This document shows, in pieces, positions 1 through 15,000 of a stretch of DNA of 64,000 bases. Each line of letters begins with the position of its first letter. The stretch's first letter is position 1. This DNA is from Leucoraja ocellata. Taxonomy: Eukaryota. Below the pieces are notes generated by a model that saw only the letters and a list, made by a program, of their open reading frames with translations, was not told where the DNA came from and searched no databases. Where the stretch lies: contig JAWMAR010000882.1 of assembly GCA_036785375.1 (NCBI GenBank), forward strand, positions 1-64,000, in the 5' to 3' direction. The translations under genes were made by a program, and so were the position numbers.

Positions 1-3000
1 TTTTGAATACTGCTGAAGAACATATTCAAAGACCAGCAGCAATCGAGCAAGTGTTAGTGGCACACATCGAACTTGATTCTCTGCCTTTGATGCCACCTCA
101 ACAATCACTTGTACGCACATGGTGACCACCATACGCCGGCCACTCTCCGAGAAGTTATGGAAAATTAGCAACAGAAGTTGAAGATGCTCAACATTTAGAT
201 CTTCTGAGTCAGTTGGCACCACACCCTGGAATATGTTCTGCTTAAGTGTCGCAATAAACCTGTCGTGGGAAAGAGATAATTATCCACATAAGAGAATGCA
301 GGAAATATTGCGCAGAAATTAATGATCGTGGGAAAGTTAAACATTCCAAACTACACAGTTAAAAACATTGAGGCCTTTAATCTACTCTGTTTGTGATTCT
401 ATATGTCTATGGTTAATCACAATTAAAATCTAGGTTCAATTATAATATCCAATTGTCACTAAATCAGCAATACTAACAATAAGAGATGCTTCAGTTCAGC
501 ATTGCATACAGATCAAAGGACGAAACTGGGCAACTTCTTTTCATTTACTTTTGGTGAAGAATTTTGAATTTGATTCCTTTATTGTCATTCAGACCTTTCG
601 GTCTGAACGAAATTACGTTGCCTGCAGTCATACACAGTAACAATAAATAACAAGATATACAATAAACACAAATTAACATCCACCACAGTGAGTTCACCAA
701 GCACCTCCTCACTGTGATGGAGGCAAAAGTCTTAGTCTCTGTCTCTTCCCTCCTTGTTCTCCCTCTGCGCTGAGACGACCCAGGCCGAAGATGCCGCCCT
801 CCAGTCCAATGGACCTCCGCGGTGATGTCGCCGCTGCCAAAAGCCGGAACGCCATCTCCGCTCCGAATCGGCCCGCCACAGCCTCAGCTCCGAGTCCCGC
901 TGCATCAGCTCCGAGTCCCGCAGCCACAGCTCCGAGTCCCGCAGCCACAGCCCCGGGCCACTGCATCAGCTCCGAGTCCCGCAGCCACAGCCACAGCTCC
1001 AGGCCGCTGCCGAAAGCTGGAACGCCACATCAGCGAGTCGGGCCACCGCTGCCTCGGCCCCGAAGACGGCCAGCCTCGCGTTAGTGAGTCCTGGCTGGCT
1101 CTGCCTCCGGAGCCTCGAGGTCAGTCGCAGGTTGGAGACCGCCAGCTCCGCCATTAAGCCTCAGTGCAGACAGAGGCAGAGAAGGGGGATACGACAAGAA
1201 AAGTCGCATTCCCCCGAAGGGAGAGACAAAAAAACACGTTTCACCCCCCCCCCCCCCCATAACACAATCTAATAAACTAAAACTTAGCCAAATAAAGACA
1301 AAAAAAACCAACAACAAAAAGTAAAGACTGACGGACTGCAGGCAGGCCGCAGATGTTAACAGCGCCGCCACTTCCGGATTTCTTACCTTTCCCAGATTTT
1401 CATGCACTCTGGTACATCTGGATCACCCTGTGCCTTGGCTTTGTGCTGCCAGATTAATAGCAAGCGTGACAGCACAGAGAGGCTCTGTGAGTGAACATAC
1501 AATGGCCACGGACCCTCTGAAAAAGGCGCGACCCCCAGTTGCTGCAGCAGTATGTTCTGGATAAAAATTAATATTGCGGTTAATATTGTGATCTTCAATG
1601 CAATTGGCGCAACAAAAGACTCGTACACAATACCAGATTCTTGATCTGCAAGATACTACATCCAAAATGTATCCATTAAAAAAAAAAAAACCTACAGAAA
1701 CAGTACAATCAGATCTCAGTTTGAATTTTCTGCAATGCTACCAGTCAGGTGTAGGAATTTAAATTGGCCTGCTCTTGCAATAACATGAAACATCCATGTT
1801 ATACATATTCATATGTGTTCATGGTCACTGGAGGACATGGGCTGTTCCTCTGCTGACGCCCTTCTCCCCGGGGTCACTCCTTTGGCAGAGAACAAAATGG
1901 GGGAAAAAACTTCTCAGAAAGACGGATATGTAAACGTGGTCTTTATATCAAATTATTAAGTTTGAATTATTTAAGTGATGGTTACTAAAAGCACCAAAAC
2001 TGTGATCAAAAGCCCCAAATTTTATTTCTAACATATGTTATTCACAAAAGACTATTTCACAGATATTAAGAAATGAATCCAAATATCATGCATTTTCATT
2101 TAACTTGTTTCATTGCATTTTGTGGCAACATTAACAAGCAACAAAAAGCACACACACAAAATGATATTATCATTGCTAACTGAAATCGAAGGACAGTCAG
2201 TGAACCACAGTGGACTGACTCACCTGCAGGATTGGTGATGGGAGGTCAGAGGTAACCATGGAATGGTTAAAGTGATACAATGCAATGGCAAATTCCTCAT
2301 CTGATGACCCTGTGCATAAAATAAAAAATGAGCACAAAGAGAGAAGGGAAAGGGTACCACAACACAAGCAGAATTTGTTTGAACAAGGGTCTCGACATGA
2401 AACGTCACCTATTCCTTTTCTCCAGAGATGCAACTATCTCCATCTTTTTGTGTCTATCTTAGAATTAATCCAGTCTACAGAAGTCATTATTCCAGGAAAC
2501 ACAACATTTTAGTAGTCACTTTCATATCAAATTGGAACCCATAATTGTCAAGATTTTAAAAGACCAAGTTAACCCTTTTCGATACATGCAAATCCTCCCT
2601 CCGAGTTTGGCACATCATTGGATGCCCACAAATCTTTTGTTTTTCAACCCCATATACTCACGGTGCCCCATCTCTCCAACTATCGCCCCTTTTCCATATC
2701 CACTTCCTCCTCTGGGATCACATTTAACGTCTCCTCTCTCCTTACCTGATAAATATTTATCTCTTTTTCATCTCTAAACTTTGTCCATTCGTCCGCCCAC
2801 CAACACCCCCCACCCCCCTGTAAATTGCAGAGGCTTTGTCGCACTCCCACCTCTTTTCCAGCTTTACCCCTCCTACTACAATCAGTCTGAACAAGGGTCC
2901 CAATCTGAAAAGTCACTTATCTATGTAGTCTAAACCTGCTGGCTGACCAGCTGAGTTCTTCCAGCACCAGCATCTGGGGTTCCTTGTTTCTCAATGCTCT

Positions 3001-6000
3001 GTTTATGGTGGTGAGGGGTACCCACAGCAGTGTCCTGGCAAATCATCGTTACCCAATGAATAACGATTGAACCAGTTCAAGCTTTCATTAGCTATCTCAC
3101 TACTTCCGTAGTAAATAGGCTGAAAGATGTGCCTTAGACATAAGCAAACATTGCACTCCAAAGCCAAGCCCGCTTATTATTCACTAACACTGAAGTAGCA
3201 TCCTAACCTTTGGTTCCATCTTTGTCCACATCTTTGATGATGCTTGCTAGTGTCATCATATGTTGTTCAGTCAAAGAAACACTCAGGTAATTCCGGATGA
3301 AGTTGTTCCTCGAGTTCAGCATTGAAGATGTAATGAAGTTGAGGATGCCTGAAGCCAGGCTGAGAAACTGGAAGGCAATTTATTAAAATAATTTAAACAT
3401 GGAGATTTTACTAGAACTGAGGTAATCTCTTTCGCAAGTACGATCCTCAATTCCACTTCCAATGTAATTTGAGCCCAAGGTGTGTCTTAATCTAATATTT
3501 AGTGCTATATGTAAGGAACAAATCTGAAAAACCACACAGCAATTTGATGTACCAAATGATTTAAGAGTTAACTTTCAATAATAAAGACAATATGTAGCTT
3601 AGTTTCACAGATTAGTTTAAAAAGCCAGCCCCACAAATTATTTAAATATGAGAGATCCAGAACTAAAAAATATTTTGACCTGATTTATTAAAAACAGCTT
3701 GCCATGATATTCGACATTTGTTGCTGGAATTCACTCACCAGCTCGGGGTCTCTGCGACTCGCTAGTATGTTGCCATTCTCCACAGTACTTTGCTTATTTG
3801 GGCTCTTCAGCCGTGGGGAGCTCTCCAGGGGAGGGGGTGGTGGAGGAGGGGGTGGTGCTGATTTTTCCTTACTGGGTGAGATAGTCTCTTCAAACCATTG
3901 GCCAAGAATTGGCTCACTGTCGTCATCTATAAAGTACAACACAGATGCCCCCACTGTTCAAAGCAAGAGTAATTCAAGTAACAGTAGCACAACTTGCATC
4001 GCAATCAGGAATGAATTACAAATGTAACGTGCAGTTGCAGAATTATAAAGGACAAAAGGATCCAATCTACCCAGCCCCATCCAAGATGACCAAAAGTGTC
4101 CCATATTCCTGCCCTTACTCCAATGTAAGGAATATGCTTGTTTGTTCTAGTCTCCAAATATCCACGTTCAAAACTTTGTTAATGATTTCAGGATCCACCA
4201 GCGTAACTGTGGGGAACTACACATTGCAATAATGTGCTAAAATACTCTCAACCTTGAAATTTGATTTGGCGAATATCATCCGATTATCAATCCAAGAGTC
4301 AAGTGTGTTTAATTGTCATTTGTACCCAACACAGAACAATGAAGTTCTTCCTTGCAGCAGAGGAGGTCTGCAAACCCAATAATAGGTATGTAACCACTGA
4401 TAAATAGAAATACTACTGATAAATAGAAATCACCAGCAGATATACTAAATGGAAGTAATTCAGAATTTTGAATGCATCTAGATCTTTTTTATAGCTGTTC
4501 TAATTCTAATGCCATTGGAATGTGTTGAAAACTAAATGGCACTAAAGCCGTACCCAGACATAATTGATATTTTAGAATTTTATTGCAGTTTGTGTTCTGT
4601 AAATCTGGAAAACGCCTGGGCCACGCATCATAAATTGACCATTTCAACCCACATTAAGTCTCAGAACACAACATAAATCCTGAGATTACCTTGACTACTG
4701 TCCTCTTCAGTGCTACTGAAATCATCTTCATAATAAGTGTTTGAATCAGTGGACGCACTGACATCACTACTCACAGAACCTTTGCGCTGCCGTTGAAGGA
4801 CACAAGCCTAGAGGTGTAAAATGATAACAATTTTAATCACCACATCTACAACCAGGTAAATATAATAACACTATGCACAGGCCAAGACAGGAAATTCCTA
4901 TAGGATGAGCATGAGCATTAGGTGTAGGGGAGCATTGTTCCCAAAGGGTAACATGACCTTACATTTGTACAGCATGAACAGTGACTCTCTATAGGAAACT
5001 GAACACTGCGGAAAACATTTGAATGTCTTTACCAAACAGCTTTCTCAAAATGATGCTGGTACAAAGGTACAATTGCAATGAACCCCGATCCAACCAATCT
5101 GCATTCTGTTGAGTAGGGCAACAAATAGTCACCAAGCAAGAGATACAGCACAGATTCATCAGAATTACATTGAGATGATGATAACGAATGATGATACAAT
5201 CAGTTCTATTCTTTAGTTTAGGTGGTTAATGGATAAGATAAGGTGTTTGGAATCATAAAGAGGAAACAATCTCCTCCACCGAGCAATTTAAAACAAGACT
5301 ATACAACAAAATTGGAGATGAACCATTGAAGGGTGAAACCATGAAGGTCACGTGCCCCCACACAAAGGCCAATGAAAGGTGTGTTTTTCTCCCCCAAATA
5401 AATGTGGAAATAAAAACAACCTTCATTTTTAAGTCTTTTAGGTGTAGGGCAGCGTTGTTCCCAAAGGGTAACATGATCTTACATTTGTTGGCAACCATTA
5501 TTTTAATACCAGTGCATTAATTTTGTGTTGACAAATATAAATGAGCTACACATAATCATACTGTTACACTATGATTGAATCACTAACCTCACAAAAGATA
5601 AAATCTTCAAGAGAGTCATTGAGACCATTTAATCTTGTTACAAGGACACTGGACAAATGTTGGAAACCAAGAAAGAATGCATAAACGGGAGGGTGGGGGG
5701 GAGGATCTGGTTAGTCAGATTGAGGACAATCGTGAGATATGGGGAAGAAGTAAATCCGCAAGTTATTTGCAAACTGTTCAACAAAGAGTCAGCACAAACA
5801 TGGCGACCAATTTGGCATCATTGTGGCACTCTATTGCAGAAGCGGTTACCTTTCTATAAGATGTTGACAAAAGTGTGAAAAGCAAGTTGGTGAGGGGAAC
5901 AGATTCAATCAGTCTCTGGACACGCTGAATGGACGAGCTCTGTGCCCTTATATTTAGTTCTGCAGGTGGACCGTCGCCTCTCCAACCCTGTTGAAATCAA

Positions 6001-9000
6001 AATGATCCATTGTTACACCGTGTCCAAATAACCAGGTAAATTTACATATGAAAAAAAGATACGCTTTATAGTATGCACGTGCACAATTTGTACTCAAAAG
6101 GTAAACATACAATTTAGCTTTGTATTACCGTCTGTTCAACATACGGCCTGCCATCTTTGGGTGGGACTAAGTTATGATCCTGATTGCCCACTAAGGTAAA
6201 TATCAATGATATTTTGGGATATTTCAAATGACAGCAGGTAAGATCAATCCAATATCTTGAAACAATATTTATTCCTTAAGCAAACTCACTGAAATTTTAC
6301 CAGGATGTTATATTGTTTTGAATAAACTTGCATACACATACACTGTAGGTATTCTGAGCATAGCAGGGTGCACAAACAAATGAGGGGTTGGCAAGTTTGT
6401 CTTTTATTGTCATAAACAGCGTAGCTTCTTGCTACTTTTCATGAACTGTTTCCATCATGCTTCAAAAGAACAATGTGCTGGGATAACCAAGGTCCCAAGG
6501 AAAGAGTTATAAACTTAAATCGTTATTTTACACTTCCATCTAGCTGTTTTTTGTTTGAAGAGAGACACAAAATGCTGGAGTAACTCAGTGGGTCAGGCAT
6601 CATTTCTGGTTGTTTTTTCATTTATACACACAGATCTCTGACGCATTTAACCTCTGCTTCACTTTTTATCCTGAAAAATCCCAATTCTAGGCTTATGTCA
6701 AAAAGCTAAACAGGTTTCTCATGTGTACCTCTGTGTACTAAACTCAAGAGCTGCCACTTACCCTGTAGAGAGCCTCCACTTGTAGATCTTGAAAGAGTGA
6801 CGTCAACAGTTTGATAGCATGATTTGCCAGAACCACAGACAAAATGCCAAATCCTTGATGTCTGCAGGAAAGGAAGTCAGACCAATGTCAACCTTTTTAT
6901 TGAACTACACGAGGCCAACGGTTTGAAACATTTTGGACTATCCAGGCACTAGACAATGCAGACAGAATTTTAACAAGATGGGTAAGCTAGGACTATATTC
7001 CCTGGAGTGTTGGAGGCTGAGGGGTGATCTTATAGAGATGTATAAAATCATAAGGGGAAAAGATAGGGTAAATGCACAGACACTTTGACCCAGAGTAGGA
7101 GAATCAAAAACCAGAGGACATAGGTTTACAGTGAGAGGAGAAATATTTAACAGGAAACTGAGCAGTAACATTTTCACACAGATGGCAGTGGGTATATGGC
7201 CAAGCTGCCAGAGGAGGTAGTTCAGGCAGATGTACTACTGCATCATTTAAAAATACATTTGAACAGGTAAATGGATAGGAACGGTTGAGAGGGATGTGAG
7301 CCAAACGTGGGACGCTGGGTCTAGCATACATGGGGCATCTTGGTCGGCATGGCAAGTTGAGTTGAAGGGCCTGTTTCCGTGTCCTGCTGTCCTGTTCCAG
7401 ATACAAATATGAACTTGCCTGGACCATTAGTATTAAAAAGCAAAGATAACATTGAATTTTTTTATAAAACCTAACACTGAGAACCCAAGATTAAAAAAAA
7501 CCTCATCATGCCAGAGAGGAAATTTGGATGCCTGGAAAAGCACTGCCAGTGCTGGCCCACGGTTTAGGCAGATACAATAGTGGCATTTGAGGTAGGCACA
7601 TGAATATATGCAGGGAATGGAGGGATATAGATCATGTGCAGACAAATGAGGTTAGTTTATCTTGGCATTAGGTTCGGCACAAGCATTGTACATCAAAGGA
7701 TCTGTTCCACTGCTCTACTCTTCTATGTTCTATTGAGCAATAGAAAAATAAATTGGTTTATGTGAATTTTGCCAATGTTTTGATTTTTCAAAATTTACTG
7801 ATTTTATTTGGAACTGAGAGAAGGAAAAAAAAAGCAAAATGAGTGTCAAATCATTGTTACTGACTGGAAGTAGAACCCAAGGAGTTTATTGCACAATCAA
7901 CCTCTTTCGAGAAACTCTAGTACATTATCCATCGATTATTCCCTCACCCTTTAACAGGCGCTAATTTGGGCGACCCAGCTCCTTCTTTCGCACGAGCAGC
8001 AATGTCACGGACTCGAAGTGCAGCCAGTGGGTCTTTCTCTTTCCCCTTGTCAGCCAGCGCTGCAGGACTAAGGTTCAGGATCAAGTAGAGGCTGTTTAGA
8101 AGGCACCAGGCACCCAATAATTGGAAGTTTTGATAATGCTGGGGAGAAAGTACAAAAAAAAAATGTTTTATAACTGGCAACAGATAAAATATTTTCAACA
8201 TTTTGCTTTCAAAACATATAAATACTTTACATATTTCAGTCAGGACAGCATCCCATTTGTTTCATTCAAATCTTTCAGCTGTTCCATAGCAAAGAATATC
8301 TTTAGATAAATTGCAAATAATGCCGCAAGGCATTTCCTTCTATACATTTACAGTTGCTACGTGTAATATTAATTTCCATCCTCAATGCTCTCTCAGCAAA
8401 ATACTCTGAACCTGTGATACATAATGCATTGTTCAGTTTAACGAGCAACTAGTAAATGAAACCACAAGTATAAAGCCGTGTTTGCTCCATTATTGTCATA
8501 CACTCAGAGGACAAAATTACTGGCTTGATAACCTATACATATCGAACTGAGACAATCGGTTGACAGGTCGACATAAGTGCTGGAGAAACTCGGCGGGTGC
8601 AGCAGCATCTATGGAGCGAAGGAAATAGGCAATGTTTCGGGCCGAAACCAAAGGTTTCGGCCCGAAACGTTGCCTATTTCCTTCGCTCCATAGATGCTGC
8701 TGCACCCGCCGAGTTTCTCCAGCACTTTTGTCTACCTTCGATTTTCCAGCATCTGCAGTTCCTTCTTAAACAATCGGTTGACAGACTGGGAACATACAAG
8801 AGGATTGCAGAACATTTCCATCAGTACACTGCAATAGAGCAGAATCTATGGGATTATTATGAATCTATTTCAATAATATCTCCTTCCTCTGACTTCCACG
8901 TTAATTAAAGTAAGAACTCCAAGGGCCAGAGCATCAATCTGCCAACGCACACCATCTGGTCTCGGACACAATGCTCTCATGTCTGAGTCCAGTTTGTTAT

Positions 9001-12000
9001 TAGGCAAGTCTTCTGGAGTTTCCAATCTCGCACTGTCATTGAACCTGCATCATCCAGATTGTGCATGGAATTCAATTGAACTTGTGACACAGGGTTTGAT
9101 ATCCGGGGACTAACATTAGCAATTAGTACAGGACAGCTGTACAGCACAGGAACAGGCCCTTTGGCCCGTGAGATCTGTGATGAACGAGATTAATTCAACC
9201 AAATTAAACTACAATTCTGACCTATCCAACCGACTAATGCCTTTCATAATTTTGTCTCCCCTCAACCACAAATATTCCAGAGGGAAATAATCTAAGTCTG
9301 TCCATTCTCTCCTCATAACCATTGCACTCCAATCCAGGCCGCATCTTGATGGACTTCTTTATACCCTCATTATTCTTGTAATTGGATGCTAAGAGCCAGA
9401 CAATACTCCAAATACAGCTAAACCAAAGTTTTAGGGCTGCAACATGACTTCCTGATTCTTGTGCTGAAATGCCCCAACCAATGAAGCATACCAAACGTAC
9501 TACAGAGACATCTTACCTCCCCACCTGCGCGTCGTGAGCTGTTAATTGCTTGACCGATCATGTCATAAATTTCCAACTGCAATAGTAAATGAAATATTAA
9601 TTTAGTGCTGCATTCAAGCAATCAGGAAATGCCTTATATACATCCATATCACACCCGCAGAGCCAGAACGTGGAGAAGGAGGAGGACAATGGCAAGATGA
9701 TTCATACCTTGAGTTCTACGGCTTACAGCAAAACATGTTATATAGCTGAATGACAACCCCGTTGTTGATGCTTTAAATTATTAACAAATAGCATGGTTCC
9801 TAACTAAACCAAGTTGAACAAAAACTGAAAATTGTCAGAATTAGAATATATCCTGCAGAAAGGTTCAAGACGTGCTTTTAGCATAGTCCTTTAATCTCTT
9901 AACCTGCTCAGATCCAGTTAGCCATAATAACTACGTGAATTTATCTTGTAGCAGTTCCAATGCAGCAGATTTGAAACATACAAAAGGACTGCCCTCATCC
10001 AACTTGACAGGACAAGCATGTGAAAAAAAACTTCATAAAGAAACAAAACTCCTGAAGAAGAAGGCACTGGAGATCCAAGGATGATCTTGCAACTACTTGA
10101 GAAAGTACATTCTGGGAATCAGGACTGTGACATAGCAGCACACAGGATGGCACTAGGAATCGCAACAGCCATCCTAGTAAGTGCCTCACAAACCACCCAC
10201 CTGCCCGTACCATGAGGCACTTAGACTAGCCCAAAATGTCTGTGGTTCCCACAATGGCCTCGTCAGTCACCTCAGAACCGAAGGAGGAAAAGTCCTCCTT
10301 GATGCCAAGGGACTGCTTAAGACAATGACAACTCAAATGCCTGCATGAAATTGGGATTCTCCTCAACATATTCCCTGATTGATCACTATCTTATTCTAAC
10401 CAGCATCTGGCTTGGCAGAGTAACACACTCGCTTTTATCTGAACAACATTAACACCACGAAAACAAAAACAAATCGAATTTATCCCCGAGTGCTTGCATT
10501 ATTCCAAAGATTAATTGCAATACTTTAAAATACATCTCGTCATACAGCACTTACACATTTCTGTACAATTGTAGCTGCATCATTTTCATAGTCTTCATCT
10601 TTACTGGTAGATCCAGATCGAACTTGCAAGCTACTGCCCACGTGTAGAATAGCCATGCATGTCGCAACACTCACTCCTAGTGAAAGAATACTAGAAATTA
10701 ACCATTTTAAAACATTAAAATCTGATTTAGATTGTATGATTAGAAACCAACTTTATGGCCTTCAAAAGGAAAGCTTAAATAAGAAATCATTTTTATTTAC
10801 TAGGAAAACAAAGGGGGAGCTTTGGGTTATTAACATATAAAAAAAAATCTGCATCAATGGCGGCTAGGATTTTCACGCAAGTATGGGAAGAAATTATGAG
10901 GCCACTGACCATCATTTTTCATCATTCTTTGGATACAGGGGCTGGGCCTGAGAACTGTAGAGTGACAAATATTACATGTCTAACAGTTTAATCTCAAACT
11001 TCTCAGAATCTTTGATTGGGAATTTTATTAAGATTCAACTGGAGGAAATGAATTAATTAATGTAGGAAATACAAGTACAAATCACATTAGATTTGGTTTT
11101 AATGACATGACGAATAAGGTTGATGAGGGTAATGCAGTTGCGTGTGAGCTTACAAAAGGCATTTTGATAAGGTGCTCATTAGTAAAGATGAGGCTCCTGG
11201 CATAAAAATGAAATTGAGAGCATGAACACTAAGTTGTCGTAGTAACAGATAACAGATTGTTGTCAATGCTTGTTCAATAATGCACCAGGGAAGATGAATA
11301 ATGATACTCCACAGGAAGCTGTGCTCGAACCATCGCCTTTTCTGATCCAAGACATAAGTATGCAAAGCACAATTTCTAAATTTGCAGATGACACAAATAT
11401 TGGCAGTATTGCAAAAAGGCAATTGATAAAATTGCAGCATTTTCTAGCTAGGCTGGAAAAATGGCTTATGAAAGATGATGTTTTAATGAAAATAAATGTT
11501 AGTTGATTCATTTTTACTGAGGAAACTGAGCAACAATATAAAGGATATTGTACTAAAAGGCATGCAGGAACTGCTGGACCAGTGGACAGGGTTGACATCA
11601 TTAAACTTGGCAAAGCAGATGAAGAAATAAGGCACATGTACTTCTAGGCATCATGAACTGAGACAAAGTATAAAGGAAGGGATGTTATGCATTAAGAAAG
11701 AAAGATCTTTATCACTGGTCCACACTCAACTGTGCTCCTGATCACTGCATCTGGAAGGATGTGATGGCATTAGATAAGGTTCAGGAGAGATTTATGAAAA
11801 TTGTTCCAGGAATAAGAAACTAAAGTATAAAGGATAGATTGGAGGCTCTGAATATGTTCTGTAGGGAAGAGGCTGAGGAAGACCTGACAGAAATGATGAG
11901 ATCCGGATAGGGTTGATAATGTTCCTGTGGTTGAAGGGTCAAAGATTAGATACAGGTATGAAATATTGACATGGGGTGCTTTTTTGCACAGTACATAGTT

Positions 12001-15000
12001 GAAATCTGTAGGTTCGGAATTGGCAGATTCCACCAAGGCCCTCAAGAGGCAGCTGGATAAATTTTATGGGGAGGGAAAATTGTCAAAGCTGTAGAGAAAA
12101 GGCAGGGTGGGGTAGAATTTGTGAGCTGCCTGGTAGAGAGCGGGCAGGGGAATAATGGACCAAATTGCTCCATCTGTGCTATAACCATTCTATGATTATA
12201 ACATGCATGACAACTGAAAGAAAATTAACATGAAATGTTAACAAAATAACCACATTGCTCAATATATAATCCTATTGACAAAGAACATTGGGTATGGTTT
12301 CTACCAGACCTACTTTCACAATTCCTCTCATGAAAATGACATTTAAAAGGACACATTCACTTTAATCTGCTGTTTCCCAGCCTTGGAAAGACATTTTATT
12401 TGTTCGTATACAGACCTGCATATAAACAACTCAGTGCTAATACAGTCACATCCTGTAATCTTTCAGGGGTCAGGGGCTCAAGAACAGGCAACGAGAGCGT
12501 GTCCAGTGCCATGGTAACGTCAATAACCAAGGAGTGGAATCTGAAGATATAGCGTTAAAAGAGAATATTTAGAAAACAATGTATGGGAGAAATCAAACAT
12601 CACACCCCGCTAGTGTTTAAAAAGACATGTGGATCAGTCAAATTTCTACCCAGAGCAAATTAACCATTCAAAATGTATTACCCGAGACACAAACGTGATA
12701 ATTTGCCTCACATCAATCAATACGTTTTAACCAATGACATGAAAATTGAAAGTCTCTCATCAGTCCCCACTGAATGTTTACAACTCACCCATTCCGTACT
12801 GCAGTTGCGTCTGCAACTGTAGCAGGCATAATGAAAAAGGAGTTGGCAGAGACAGCATCTTGGAAACGGTTAATATATCGCAGGAAGTAGGGAAGGTTTA
12901 AGCAGACCCGCAACAGCTTCTCAGAGCCTCCTGCAAAATGTCAAGTAAATATTCTTCCTTTAACATCAAGTTAAATGCAAACAAGATCGAGCACAGGCAA
13001 ATGAACCAACCGCAATGATGCAAGAGCATATTCTAAGTATGTTTGGCTTTAACATAAAGTAAAACGAACATGTTAATTATCATGAACTGGAGATATTAAT
13101 TATCATATACGCAGTGAGAGCAGAGCCACTAAGGAAGATACTTTGAAAACAGAAACTGCAGCATAAAGACTGAAAACAGCAAATACTACATATTTATTTG
13201 AAGGGAAAAGATAAGCATGACTATAAATCTGTTAGCCTCATATTTATAGCAGAAAATAATGGTTCAGATCAGGCAAAATAGACTAACATAAGGGCCACAA
13301 ATATGGCTTTGTAGAGCACAAATTCAGTCCTATTTCTTAATTGCACTGAACAAGGTGAAAATTGTGCATATGTTCACGTAGGGTTTCGGCCCGAAACGTT
13401 GCTTATTTCCTTCGCTCCATAGATGCTGCTGCACCCGCTGAGTTTCTCCAGCTTTTTTGTGTAACCTACATATATAAAACAACATTGGCCCCAGCACAGG
13501 TCATTCCAATATATACTTCCCAACTCCAAGCCAACATTCAATTCATTCAGTTACTTGGACCTCGACTCTTATATGCAATGCCTCTCTTCTTGGTAATGTC
13601 TTTACAAACCACCTCCGACTTTCTTTTAAATGCAGCTCCGCTAGGTCCCCCATACCATATTGTCCACCAGTCACTCTCTACTCTTCTCATATCAGTCTCA
13701 CCCGACAGTTGTGTTCTTCACTAAATTACCCAAATGTTTCTCAGCCCATGTGTAAAAATATATCGATTCTACAGTCTGATTCTGGGTTAGTGACATGCAT
13801 GCTTCAAGTGTGGCAACAAGTTCACCAAAATACACATGCAGTCCCAAAACTCAAATAGACAACAACAGTATTTAGTTTGTTCGATAATCATTTTAAATTT
13901 ATGGAATCATTATTTACCCAACAGCTTTTTGGATGTGGAGTAAGTAACACATGATTAAGGGTCAAAAACGACTATCATTCCTGACTGAAAACAGCATTTA
14001 GTTAACCAACAAGCCCAATTGGTCTGAAGAAGGGTCTCGGCCCAAAGCGTTGTCTATTTACTTCGCTCCATAGATGCTGCCTCACCCGCTGAGTTTCTCC
14101 AGCATTTTTGTCTACCTTCGATTTTCCAGCATCTGCAGTTCCTTCTCAAACAGCCCAATTAATTTGCTATTTTTAACGTCTGTAAGCAAGTTTAACGTCT
14201 ATAAGTTTATGTAACATTTGTCATCACATTTGTTATAGGAACGACTCAAATTGCTTTAAAATAATAACATTCCACTGCAGCTCTCTTTAGGGTGAAGTTT
14301 TCACATTTAAACTCACCCAATGCTTGTAAACTGGACACATTCTGTGCAATGAATGCGTTTTTCATCTTGGTAACTGTTGCTTGATCTGTTACAGTCTGGT
14401 CATCACTTTCTCCATCCACCTGACAAATTAAAAAAGATACTCAAAATTCACATGAAGAAGATAAGCTGTGCAGCTGCACCAGTCTGTGTTGGAGTTTAAT
14501 TCCCCACTAATGCCAACCACTCTCTCTCTCGTATGTCATGTTTTCAACTACTTGTTCTAACTATTTGCAGAACTAGTAAAGGACAGATTAAAATAGATGA
14601 AATCAACAGATTAAAAATAATATCTTTGGGTAAAAATCCTTATATTTTCACCTTGAACCTAGATTCCCATCTAGGCTTAACTGACACTTAATAGCCACTT
14701 AGAAAATAAAATGGAGATTATGATTGCAATCAACAGCTTCTTGCAGATACACAGCTACATCATGATACAGGTAATAATTCAGTCATAACTCACAATAAAT
14801 TGGTCAATTGAACTATTCAAAACATTAAGGCGGGTAACTCAAAAAGCAGTGATGTTCTTATTTGAAACAAAAATCCTGGATTTGCTGATACGGGTGAATA
14901 GAATTAAAAAACAAATCAATAAGTGATAGAACGGGTGTAAGGGGCAGAATGGTTTCTTTTTATTCGTATACAAAAGAAAAGGTTTACCAGATTATATTTA

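Noticed and set aside
709-1157. Ala/Pro/Ser-rich ORFs on both strands (APSPAAT repeats)
   Set aside because: By-product of a GC-rich 21-nt tandem repeat inside an inserted element; no domain or splice support.
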